From the NCBI RefSeq assembly GCF_001194135.2, contig NC_068982.1, forward strand, positions 146,797,494 through 146,861,493: DNA of 64,000 bases, in the 5' to 3' direction. Positions within the stretch are counted from its first letter, which is position 1. Each line of letters begins with the position of its first letter. Below are positions 49,037 through 60,916 of the stretch, piece by piece. The DNA comes from Octopus bimaculoides (Eukaryota). Both the position numbers and the translations under genes were made by a program. The notes below the pieces were generated by a model that had not been told where the DNA came from, did no database searches, and saw only the letters and a list, made by a program, of their open reading frames with translations.

Positions 49037-52000
49037 TGGGTTTCTTTCTAATGTTCTAAAAGTTCCGTCAGTTTAGCAGTATAATTCTAATCGCAAATAA
49101 CCATAATAAGAACAATAATAACAGCAACAACAACAACAGCGCCATTAGCAACATTAATATCATTTTCTTCTCTGGTATTCTTGAACTGGAAACTGTATCT
49201 AATAACATATAATAAATTTTATGAATACATAGAAAAAATACCCCAAATTGAAAATACCCCGCCAATCACATACACACACATTCATACATACACGCATACA
49301 CACGCCTATATAGACACTCATACACGCACACACACACACACACATACACACACACGTACATGCACACATTAGAATACATCAACAATAAGCAAAGCAAAAA
49401 ATAATAATAAATAAACAGAAATGCATCAGAATAAACGTCGAACAAAAGAGCTGCACTCATTTCTGTTAGCAGGACAGTGAAATCAGTCGAGTGTGTAGCT
49501 TGCAAAATATCGAGCAACTTCTGCCCCCGTGGATAATTCCACGATTAGAATCAGTTTAAGATCCATAAATTCGCCATCATGCATGTAATTCGCATTTCAG
49601 TCGGGTGGGTAATGGGTGTTGTTTGGAGTAGGGAAAGATGGTAAGGGTGGTGAGGACTTTACGGTCGTACAAAGCAGATGAACCCTAATTGCGGGTCCCG
49701 GTCAAACGTAAATTAGAGATTCACAACAACGAAGATGATGGTGACCATGACTACGGTAAAAAAATATTACAACTGCAGAAGCAACAGCAGCAGCATCTAC
49801 AGCAACGGCAACAGGAAAATAATAGCAGCAAAGGGCGTGGGATTGGTAGCGTTGCTAAATACTACGCATTTATATCGAGATGATCCCGTGTTCGATCCCT
49901 CTGCACGGCTCTGACATTGTTTGCGTTGTGTCGATACATCCTCCCTAAAACTTCATACACATTGAAAAACGCTCCACCGCCATGCATTTTACAATCCCCC
50001 ACTACGCCTCCGCACAAACATGCATATACGCTACTCTTCTAACTCGCACACACTCACATACATATCTCAGTAAGCCTTAATCACACCACTTACATAAGAA
50101 AATATATACTACAAGATGCATTCACGCAACATACTCGCTAAATCACTCTTTATATCAGCATGCACACACATACACGCACACATACAAACATTCTTACATT
50201 TTACTTCCCTTGGCTTTATAGCAAGCATAATCACAGACGCTCTCACACATGTATTTCTACACTTTCACATATTAATCATCCTTGATTGAAAAAACTAATT
50301 CACTTAGCTTACGTCAGTCATTCATTTAACTCACTTCAGTATGTGGCATTCACCGTAACTTCTACTTCCACGGAACTTTCTTCTTCCCTTCTATACTTGT
50401 CTTACGCTTTTCTTGAAGAAAGTTCCTTGTCCGAAACGTTAAACTTTTGGCTGTTTTTCTTAATTATTTCCTTCAAAATTTATGATTCGTGTCACTGTAA
50501 GAAACTTCCATTTCCTAGAGTTTCGCGTAGAGCAAGTTTAATGTTATAATTATGAAAAGTGTTCAATTTTGTCAATAGGTGACACTATCTGACGGAGTCA
50601 AAGAATACTTTTATGCTAAATAGCTCAGCAGTTTAAACATATTTATGTAGAAACAGTGAGAACGATTGACAAATCGATGTCAAATAGCTTCCCTGGTCAA
50701 TTAATATCGTGCGACAAGGCCTATGGAAACATATATTAGCGACTACATTTACGACTGATGAGCGGCACCGATGTCTAAATTTGAACTCTTCGCTTGATCT
50801 AAATGAATAGGATGGGTAGGAACGCAAAGCTAAATTTTACTCGGAGTCTTCTTCTATGATGCGAAGTCAATATGCATATCAAGCTGTTTGCCCTAATTAG
50901 ATCTTCATGGATTTGTACAACGCCATGCAATTGGCTCCGACGGCACTACTATGAACAAACTCCGACATCTTAAATAGCACTTTGGCCCAAACTCTAAATT
51001 ATGCACTTCGATAAGTAAGAGCCGAAAATTATCCATTGCCTTCCAGTTTTCTGTGTCTTTCCTAAGCCGAGTGGATCACAAGATCATCTATTGGAAGTTA
51101 CAGTCAATATTAAAGAAGAGGAATTCTCTTATAAAATATTATTCCATTGATCGGTTGCGATTCGTCTTACTCAATACTAGTGTATTCGAGAAAACCATCT
51201 TGTTAATAGACCTTTTACACACAGTTCTGTACTATTGATCTCAGCATATTTTGAGATAACTTGAAGATACCCACCAAAAATAATAACGTAAAACGTACGA
51301 GCTTGGTGACATGTGAATTACGGCTCATAGTAAGCAGAATGGTAAAAACAAAAAGTTACTGTCCGGTAAATAAAAGGGTACTGATGATATAGATGCTGCT
51401 GAAGCTGATCCCCCTCCATCTACTCCTCTTCATCATCATCAGCGGCTGCATTAACGTTACTATTAATGACGACTGCAGCGTTAATAACTGTAGAGAAAGA
51501 AGATCTGCAATAGTAACACGAATAATATCAGCAATAACAGGAATAATAAAAACAACAATCATAAAAGCAATAACAAAAATGCTGAACACCTACAAGAGCA
51601 AAAAAGAAACAAAAAAACGACGAAAATAAGAACGACAACAACAACGGCAACAGTATAAGTAAGAACAATAATCAGAAGACGAATAGCAATAACAACAACA
51701 ATAACAGCCATTACGACAGCCCAAAACAAAACAATAGTAACAACAAAGATAGGAATAACAACAATCCGAAGTAGTAAAAACAACAGCAGCGATAAATATA
51801 ACAACGGGAATAACAGGAAGAACTCTATCGGCAATGGTATCACCAAGAACAACTGCAGTAAAACTACAAGAACATCAAGTAAAATATCGTACAACAACAA
51901 CAATAGCAACAACAACATAAACAATAACAAAACTGAAGGCAAGTTAAACGAGGAAGAATAATTTCAAGTTGCTGTCAAGTATTTTGTAAATTATGAACAT

Positions 52001-52179
52001 TCGTTGCCGACTTCATTATGGCTTCTATTGTTAACTTGTCAGTTTTGATTTGTTTTCAATTATTGTTATTGTAAATGTAACGTTTATTTGTTGCTATTAG
52101 TGTTGTTGTTGTGATATTTGTTATTGGTGTCGCTATATTAGAATAATTTGTCTTTGCTTGTGTGTATGTGTGTGTGTGT

Positions 52180-52210
<31 letters not shown>

Positions 52211-52275
52211 CCGGCTTTCATGAATATGGCCATTTAAATAGTTCACTGCAAAAATATAAAATTACCTACATACAC

Positions 52276-52310
<35 letters not shown>

Positions 52311-52522
52311 TTTATACATACACTCATGCATGCATACATACATATATACATCATATAAACATACGTATGTGTATCTGTGTGTGTATGTATGCATAAATGT
52401 GTGTGTGAATACGAGTGTATTCTGGAATGACTTCAATATGTAACAGCATTAAGTATGCAACTGAATATTACTATCTCTTAAATAAGTAGTACTATCTATC
52501 TATCTGTCTATCTATCTGTCTG

Positions 52523-52627
<105 letters not shown>

Positions 52628-53278
52628 GAAGCCATTAATGATATTGATGTAGTTGTTATTGGATAGCCTCAAGAGGCTTTATGTATGTATGTATGTATGT
52701 ATGCTTGTATGTATGTATGTATGTATGCTTGTATGTATGCACGTATGCGCGCGCGTGTGTGTGTGTGGGGGGTGTTGTGTGTAAATATTATGTGCTTATT
52801 GATCTGTGTGTGTATGTATGTGTATATCAATTTAAATACACAACAGAGTTACTAATAGTTTTATGATATTTGAACAGGCATATTTGTAAAATACCCTGTG
52901 TATCTTAATGCAATCTTCCTGGGTCTGTTTATACGTTTTATATATTTTAAAAACAAAGCCGCTGGACAGTAAAAAATAAGAAACGACATGCAAAAAGCGT
53001 GAAGGAGCTTGGCGCAAAAAATGGAACGAGAAAAAGAACGAAAGCAAGAAAACTAAGGTCCTCGTACTCCCTGATTGGAGAAAGTTTATTAGATACAACT
53101 AGTATAGAGAAATGTAACAGAAATATGTCAAAGTCTGCGAGACAGCAACTCAATCCGGAGCTTCAAGATACATGGTGTACTCCTTCTTCTTCTTCTTCTT
53201 CTTCTTCTTCTTCTTCTTCTTCTTCTTCTTNNNNNNNNNNGTGTGTTAGTGTATGTGTGAATAAATATGGTAATAGTA

Positions 53279-53520
53279 GAGGCTTAGTGGTTACGGTGTT
53301 GGACTAATGATTTTAACATTGTGGTTTCAATTCCTGAAATGAAGTGTTTTGAACAAAACCTTTTATTCACGTTATTCCAGTCTGTTCAGCTGGTAAAAGC
53401 TAGTAATCTCTCCATAAACCGGCATCAAGCCTGGTGGTTGCGAGGGGGAGGAGAGTATATGCCCGACGAAAGCCGCAAACCCGACCCATAGGGTCGATAT
53501 GACTCGGGACTGATCTTCAT
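53279..53520 (+). mobile_element. Degraded CORE-type SINE
   Basis: ggcttagtggttacggtgttggactaatgat...ggtttcaattcctg...ttcacgttattccagtctgttcagctgg, parallel to 21960-22200. Confidence 0.7.
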
Positions 53521-54999
53521 CCTATATATGATATTTATATTTCAATACACACACACCTTAACACACTCCTACACACGCAGATAAATGGAAAAAAACCTTT
53601 CAGTCCCCGAAGGTAACCAAAATTTCATGTGGTGTTGCCCGCTAACAGTCTGCACCCAAATTTCTTAATCGCTGTTTGTTGTCACATATCAGCGTGCTTC
53701 TGTGTAGTGTAATGGTTCTTATTTATACAGTCGTTTTGCATGGTGTTTGAAGCATTATGGATATTGTTGATTTCATTCAATTGCGATCAGTGATAACTAA
53801 TTTTTTTCACACTCCAGATAAATAATTATATAGATTTTCTCTTGTCTGATATTATATCTCTTCTTCCAATACATCAGTCTAATTAATGTATAATGTCATT
53901 TTCGTTCTTTAAAACGCCTTTTCTTCTTCTTCTTCTTCTTCTTCTTCTTCTTCTTCTTCTTCTTCCCAAACTCTCAAAATTCTCCCGCTCTTTCATTCTC
54001 TCCTCCTTCTTCCTACCCCTCCATTTTTTGTCTTCTTTCGCCTTTTCTGTCTTTCATCATTTAAATACATAACACATAGAACTGACAAATATCAAAAGTA
54101 ATGTAAACAATACGCCGTAAAGAGAAGCTATAATAGTAGCCATTTTCAGAAACAATTTGACTTGGAGATAAAAATCATTTCAACGACTTTCCTTGCTGGA
54201 TGTCATGGCCTTTTCTGCACATGCGTACTCCTCTGAAACTTTATACGTAAACGTCACCAGTAAGTGTGAAATCTATACGATAGTAGATTCTTCCCCATCT
54301 CTCTCGTCACTGTTGCAAGAAAAGTAGTATTTCAATAGAGTGGAAGATCAAAGAATAGTCTGTGACAACTCGCGATGTTTTTGGTGAGGGAATTTCTTTT
54401 TTTTATTTATTTATGATAAAAAGAAACACTCGACATTAAATGAGTAGATGGCTTCTTCTTTATTTGCTTGGACAGAAGGACAAGAATTTTTTTTATGTAA
54501 AGGGGAGGTGCAAATTGGATTAAACCGTCCCAAGTCTCTTGCTGGTTATTATCTTATCGGCAACGAAGAGATGAAAGATAAAGTCAATGTATGCGGGACG
54601 AGGATTTAGATTTATGAAGCACTAAATCTAGATTCCGTAAAAATAAACAAACAAACAAACAAACAAAACAAACAAACAAATAAACAAATAAATAAGTAAA
54701 ATAAAACCACGGAAGAAATCTGATGTAGTTCTTTATCAAATTTACCATTAGGCGCAGTAAGCACTAATGAAGGAACAAGAAATATTTATTGACCGATAAA
54801 ATTAGTAATGAAGTCAGAGAAGATAGAGGATTTTGAAATACTTCTTCTGCGGTGTCAACCTAAATAAGTTCAAATTTTATACTACCAGTTCCTTTATCTT
54901 TCATTTTACTGATTTTAGAAAGAAAAAACAAAACGCAGCAAAATGTAGTACTTATAGAAGGTATTGCAGTCTCACAGCCTTTATAGAAATATCAATATC

Positions 55000-55110
55000 T
55001 GCCTCATCCATTCGGGGTCGATAACATAAGTACCGGTTAAACACTGGGTCGATGTAATCCATTAGACCCCTCCCCCCAAATTTAAGACCTTGTGCTTATA
55101 ATAGAGAAGC
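55000..55110 (+). mobile_element. SINE family A, 3' part
   Basis: tcatccattcggggtcgataacataagtaccgg...ctgggtcgatgtaatc...cccctccccccaaatttaagaccttgtgcttataatagagaag. Confidence 0.85.
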
Positions 55111-57514
55111 ATATTTAAAGAAGTTTAAATATTCTTTACACAAACACACACTCACACACAGACACACACAAACACACAAACACACGCATACACATTGATT
55201 TATGAAATTAATTGGAGTATATTCATTGATAGCATTGCTGAAAAATATTTTCGTTGTCAAAGCTATCTGAGTGACTTTCAGAGTATGTTTAGGGTGCTGA
55301 ATTTGAATATGGCATCACTTTTGCAATATTGATTCTACTTTTCGACATATTCGAAGCGCTATATTTGAGAATTCGCTATACTGTTCCTTCTGAGACCCTA
55401 TAATTTTTTTTGATATGCAATATTTGCTGACGTGAGCTTTGCGCATTAGGTTCTTCTAATTTGAAGGTAATTCATTATGCCATAAATCTGAGCCAATCTA
55501 ATAAAAACAATGCTATTTTGGGATTCAGCGCCTCCAAATTACCATAAGTGTATTTGAATATTATTGGTAACAATAAAAAATCATTTTGCTTATGCAATAA
55601 ATATAAATAAATATTCTTTATATTAAATGAATATTTTTCATAAGTATTTATTTAAAAATTACAAAGCTCTGAAAAGAAAACTATAAGGCATCACTGTCTA
55701 GTATTACTTTTCTCTCTAGTCTCTTTCCGCCTTGTTTTTCTCTTGTGCTCACTTGCACGTACAAAAATATGTACACACTAATAAGACTGATTTCTTACAT
55801 TGGTAAACAACAAACAAACAAGCAAACAAAAAAACACAAGTATGTCTATTTATTCGATAATAGGGAATGTATGATGTTTATTTTGAATCGTCGGTAAAAG
55901 TGAAAAGAAAAATTCAGCTCGAGCAAGATATGAACTCAAAATATGTGGCAAAGTCCAATCTTCTGCATGGTCGCTCAACCTGATTAAAATAGAAGCCTAA
56001 TTTCTTTCAAATCACACGCTATCGTCTTACAAATGCCTTGATGGTCACGGCTGTTTTGTTAGGATTAGCAATAACAACAACGACTGTGAAGCATATATTT
56101 AATCTAATGTTCTACTTATTTATGTCCCACGATCACTTCTGACCTTCTTAAATATTACGAGGTAATTAATTGATGTTTCATTCGTGTCAGACAAATCATT
56201 TCCTTGAAGCTCCCTAATCAAGGCTATTCAACAATGGATGATTAGCAATAATGTGTTCAAGAAAGAGGACATTTGTTTTATCTTCTATAGGCAACATAAG
56301 GATTTGAACCCAACATTTCAGGCTAATGAACAATTATTTAATGTCCTTAGCACAGAGAAGCTACTAACTAGATATTATATGAAGCAGTCGTGCATTAAAT
56401 GTAAATGCAACCAATTTTCTTGATTGGTAAAAGCCATCAGCCTAAGGAAACAACAATAGTGCCAAGTAAATGGAAATATCTCGTATAAATGCAACAATTC
56501 AAACTGTTAACCTAAGAATGTAGTCATATTAGAATATGAAATTGGCTTATAATTTTTTTAAGCAAAAATTAACATCGGAATGAGTCATGATGAAAATACT
56601 GAGATCACTGAAGGAGGTGGCGAAGTGGCAGAACATATGTAACAGAAAATAGTAAATCAACTGAATATGAGGAACTAGTGATGTTCTGTATTGGCAAAAA
56701 TGTAATACAAATAATCTTAAAAAGTGGGATGGATTTTGTGGCATAAGGAATGCCTCGCTGCATATAGTCTCAATGTGACAGAGCAACAATGAGTTTCGTT
56801 CATGTTTGGATCCACTTTATATTTAATTTCTCAGTGATACTAATTCGACCAAATGTAACCTCTTTTATACAATATTATTTTCTGTACATTTTGTTAATAT
56901 GAAAATCTAGTTGTGAATTCTGTTATCGTGTCACAGCTCTAACACAGCTATTTCACTTTACTTACATTGAAAATACTTTCAAAAGTCAACGAGGTTCTTT
57001 ACTTCTTATTTTACCGGCATAAAAGTAAAGTGAGTGAGAAAAAGGGATAAGGGAGTCTCTACGTGATTCATTGATGTGCAAGTAATAGCTCAAATCACAG
57101 ACTTCCATTTCACGATAGAATACGTTAGGTAAATGTCATGCTAGATATACAATGTCTGGGAAAAGACGAAATTATCAGACTTGAGTTCCATTGCTTGTAG
57201 GCACTTGATCATGAGTTAACCTAAAAGTAAACGCAAATATTTTTAAAATAAAAGAGAAAGAAAAAAGAAGAAAATATGACTACTCAATGTTGAGTAGAAG
57301 TAAAGTTGACGCCTTGGTCGAAACACTGCCATTGCAATTAATGTTATTTACCTACATAAGTCAGGTTGAATCTTAAGAGTATCAGTTCTACCTTTCCTTC
57401 AAGCAAAATAAAATAAGTACGAAGCCTTTTCTTCAACAATATGCCTTCCTGCTAAATCAAGGCCTTATAGCAATTCTTAGATTTATTGAATCCTTTAAAG
57501 CGACACAGTAAATA

Positions 57515-57725
57515 TACTAATGGCTGCTAAAAAAGTTCCTGGCTTTGGGTAAAAGAAAATGCAGGAGAATCAGTTAATTATGATTTTATTCACCCCTCTC
57601 AGATTTACACACTGCAGTGGTTCTTCAGTTTTTCTAAGCTATGTAAAAGAACTCGGAAGGTTGGGCCTCCAACCAGGCCTATCGCGACACCCTTAAAGCC
57701 AGGAAATTTTCAGCACACCCTCGTA
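57515..57725. mobile_element. Mariner-type MITE
   Basis: Left TA-CTAATGGCTGCTAAAAAAGTTCCTGGCTTT; reverse complement of right end TA-CGAGGGTGTGCTGAAAATTTCCTGGCTTT. Confidence 0.82.
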
Positions 57726-57771
57726 ACATTCAAAGCATGAAATTCAATTATATGTGCAGCTTTTAAGAGCG

Positions 57772-57999
57772 TTAACTCTTTAGCTTTCAGATTACTCTGT
57801 CAAATGTAATGTTCATTTATTCACATTGTTTTGAATTCATTATGTATTCTCTCATACCTTCACGTTTTCGATTATGTGCCTATTTACTTTTAGAATGACA
57901 TTGTAGAGTAAGTGTGAGAGGCCAGATCTGGCTGGTTTGAACAGGAAACAGGTAGAATATGTGAGCTGAATATGGTTGCTTTAAATATGAAAGGGCTAA
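57772..57999. mobile_element. piggyBac-like MITE
   Basis: Left TTAA-CTCTTTAG and right AAAGGG-CTAA, a decayed TTAA TSD with CCC-type termini. Confidence 0.6.
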
Positions 58000-58461
58000 G
58001 ATGACTGTAAAGCCATGACTGAGGTCGGCTAATAACAGTTCATCATTTCTTTTCATCAAAGTAGTTGCAGTGAAAGTTGGAATTCCTCATTTCCTATGGA
58101 CAGAAATAAATAAATAAATAAATAAATGAATAAATGAATGAATAAATGAATAATAAATAAATAAATTTATAAATCAATAAATAAGACTTGTCGCTGTATC
58201 ATAAACAATGTATCATCCTTTTAAGTTTAGTAACGAAATAAGGAGAATAACGTCGTCCTTTACTTGTTGCTGTGTAACAGGCATTTTGTTTCAACTCACA
58301 AAACCATAACAATACTCTCAATGTGGTGATCCTATCGGTAAGAAATAATAGCTAAATCTCTCTCAAACTATGCTCTATTCAAGGTGAATAACATTCTTAC
58401 TTAAAAAAAGCGAAAAAAAAAAAAAAAAGAAAAACTGAACACTGTGTCCATTAACAGAAAA

Positions 58462-58473
58462 CAAAATGGCGGC
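58462..58473 (+). promoter_or_regulatory. YY1 consensus site CAAAATGGCGGC
   Basis: Exact match to the 12-bp YY1 consensus in apparently unique, locally CpG-containing sequence. Function untested. Confidence 0.35.
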
Positions 58474-59789
58474 AAGATCATGCGCTGAAACACCGGTCAG
58501 AGCCGACATGTAGCTAAGTAACAGCAACAACAGCAGCAGCAGTAGTAACAAAAACAACTACAATAACGACGAAGACAGAGCCGACGAACCGACGAAATCA
58601 ATAAACACGCTAACTCAAAGATGTCATAAGACTGCAACTACCTCCCCCTTCCCTCCTCCTCCACCTCCTCCCCTNNNNNNNNNNNNNNNNNNNNNNNNNN
58701 NNNNNNNNNNNNNNNNNNNNNNNNNNNNNNNNNNNNNNNNNNNNNNNNNNNCCTCTCCTCCTCCTCCTCCTTTCACCTCTTCATCATCATCATCATCATC
58801 TTGTTCATATCAACACCATTGTCGTTAACGCTGTCGCCATCATAATCATCATTGTCATAACCACCATTATCAAAATTATCACTATGATAATCATCCTCAT
58901 CAAGATCTTCATCATTATCACCACCACTGCAACAACAACAACAACAACAACATCAAGAAAAACAACAATGATAATAGATAACAGTAGCAGTAACAACAAC
59001 AGGTAACAAACAAGCACATTCAAAATTCAGAGCTTCCAATGATGTAGCATGTAAGAGAGAACAGAGAACAGAAAACAGATGAGTTGTAAACTCATTAGAA
59101 TGAATCATGCATGCATTATGTTACGGCTTATAAAAGAAACCTGTTCAATATGAAGCAGGTGGGTTTTCAAGCTTCAAATACTTCATTGTACATTAAAAAT
59201 AATTCCGGACCTTTGTGGTTGATTTTTTTTAATAATTGTATCGAACTATTTAAATATGTATAATCCGAAACTTTCTTTGTTATCTGTCACCATATACCGG
59301 GGAGAAAAATATCGAAAACAAAAAAACACATATGCATACTTTCCTACTCTCTCACTTTCTGTCAGTCTGTCTGTCTGTCTATCTGTCTGCCTCTGTCTCT
59401 CTCTGTCTGTCTGTCTCTCTCTCTTTCACACCCTCACGCACACACTGCACAAATACACACTGAACGCGCATGCACGCACAAACACATACATACAAGCGCA
59501 CAGGGTGTGTGAATTCTCATTTTGTTTTTTCAGGTGATTACACTAGCAAAAATTGATTATAATAACAGTTACACACACACACACACACACAAGCATGCCT
59601 TTGATCATGAGTCTGCTTCGCCAGGACTGACCTGGGGCTAAACAGCAACAATAACCAATGATGAATACACGAAAAGCTTGAGATCATTCAAAATCAGTTG
59701 ACATCCATGCAAAACGAAGTATGATATTCGGAATAGCAACGGACTGAAGTCTTAACTACACACACACACACACACGCACGCACACGCAC

Positions 59790-59841
<52 letters not shown>

Positions 59842-60410
59842 NNNNNNNNNNNNNNNNNNNNNNNNNNNNNNNNNNNNNNNNNNNNNNNNNNNNNNNNNNN
59901 NNNNNNNNNNNNNNNNNNNNNNNNNNNNNNNNNNNNNNNNNNNNNNNNNNNNNNNNNNNNNNNNNNNNNNNNNNNNNNNNNNNNNNNNNNNNNNNNNNNN
60001 NNNNNNNNNNNNNNNNNNNNNNNNNNNNNNNNNNNNNNNNNNNNNNNNNNNNNNNNNNNNNNNNNNNNNNNNNNNNNNNNNNNNNNNNNNNNNNNNNNNN
60101 NNNNNNNNNNNNNNNNNNNNNNNNNNNNNNNNNNNNNNNNNNNNNNNNNNNNNNNNNNNNNNNNNNNNNNNNNNNNNNNNNNNNNNNNNNNNNNNNNNNN
60201 NNNNNNNNNNNNNNNNNNNNNNNNNNNNNNNNNNNNNNNNNNNNNNNNNNNNNNNNNNNNNNNNNNNNNNNNNNNNNNNNNNNNNNNNNNNNNNNNNNNN
60301 NNNNNNNNNNNNNNNNNNNNNNNNNNNNNNNNNNNNNNNNNNNNNNNNNNNNNNNNNNNNNNNNNNNNNNNNNNNNNNNNGTGTGTGTGTGTGTGCGTGA
60401 GTGTATGTTT

Positions 60411-60596
60411 GTGCGTCTGTGTTTGTCCCCCCAGCATCGCTTGACAACCGATGCTGGTGTGTTTACGTCCCCGTAACTTAGCGGTTCAGCAAAAGTGACC
60501 GATAGAATAAGTCCTGGGGTCGATTTGCTCGACTAAAGGTGGTGCTCCAGCATGACCACAGTCAAATGACTGAAGCAAGTAAAAGTGTAAAAGAGT
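60411..60596 (+). mobile_element. SINE family B, 3' half
   Basis: tttgtccccccagcatcgcttgacaaccgatgctggtgtg...ggtgctccagcatgaccacagtcaaatgactgaagcaagtaaaagtgtaaaagagt, directly after (TG)n and a gap. Confidence 0.92.
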
Positions 60597-60797
60597 ACCC
60601 AATGACTTTTTTTCTCCGAAATGAGAATGCATTCCGGAAGATATTTGTTTTCGAAAACAGTAACAAGAAATAACACGGCCATTTTAAAGTATGAAAATAA
60701 CCATTTTTTACATATGCACACGTTACGTACACATAAAGATACTGATAGAGAAATACGTTAGGAAACAAATAAGAATCGTAATATTGTAAAAGGGTTG

Positions 60798-60916
60798 TTT
60801 TCTACTCTGGGCAGAAGGCCCGAAATTTTTGGGGAGGGGTCCAGTCGATTAGATTGACCCTTTTACGCAACTAGTACTTAATTTATCGATCCCGAAAGGA
60901 TGAAAGGCAGAGTTCA
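60798..60916 (-). mobile_element. SINE family A, 3' part
   Basis: tttctactctgggcagaaggcccgaaattttt...cagtcgattagattgaccc...aatttatcgatcccgaaaggatgaaaggc. Confidence 0.88.
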
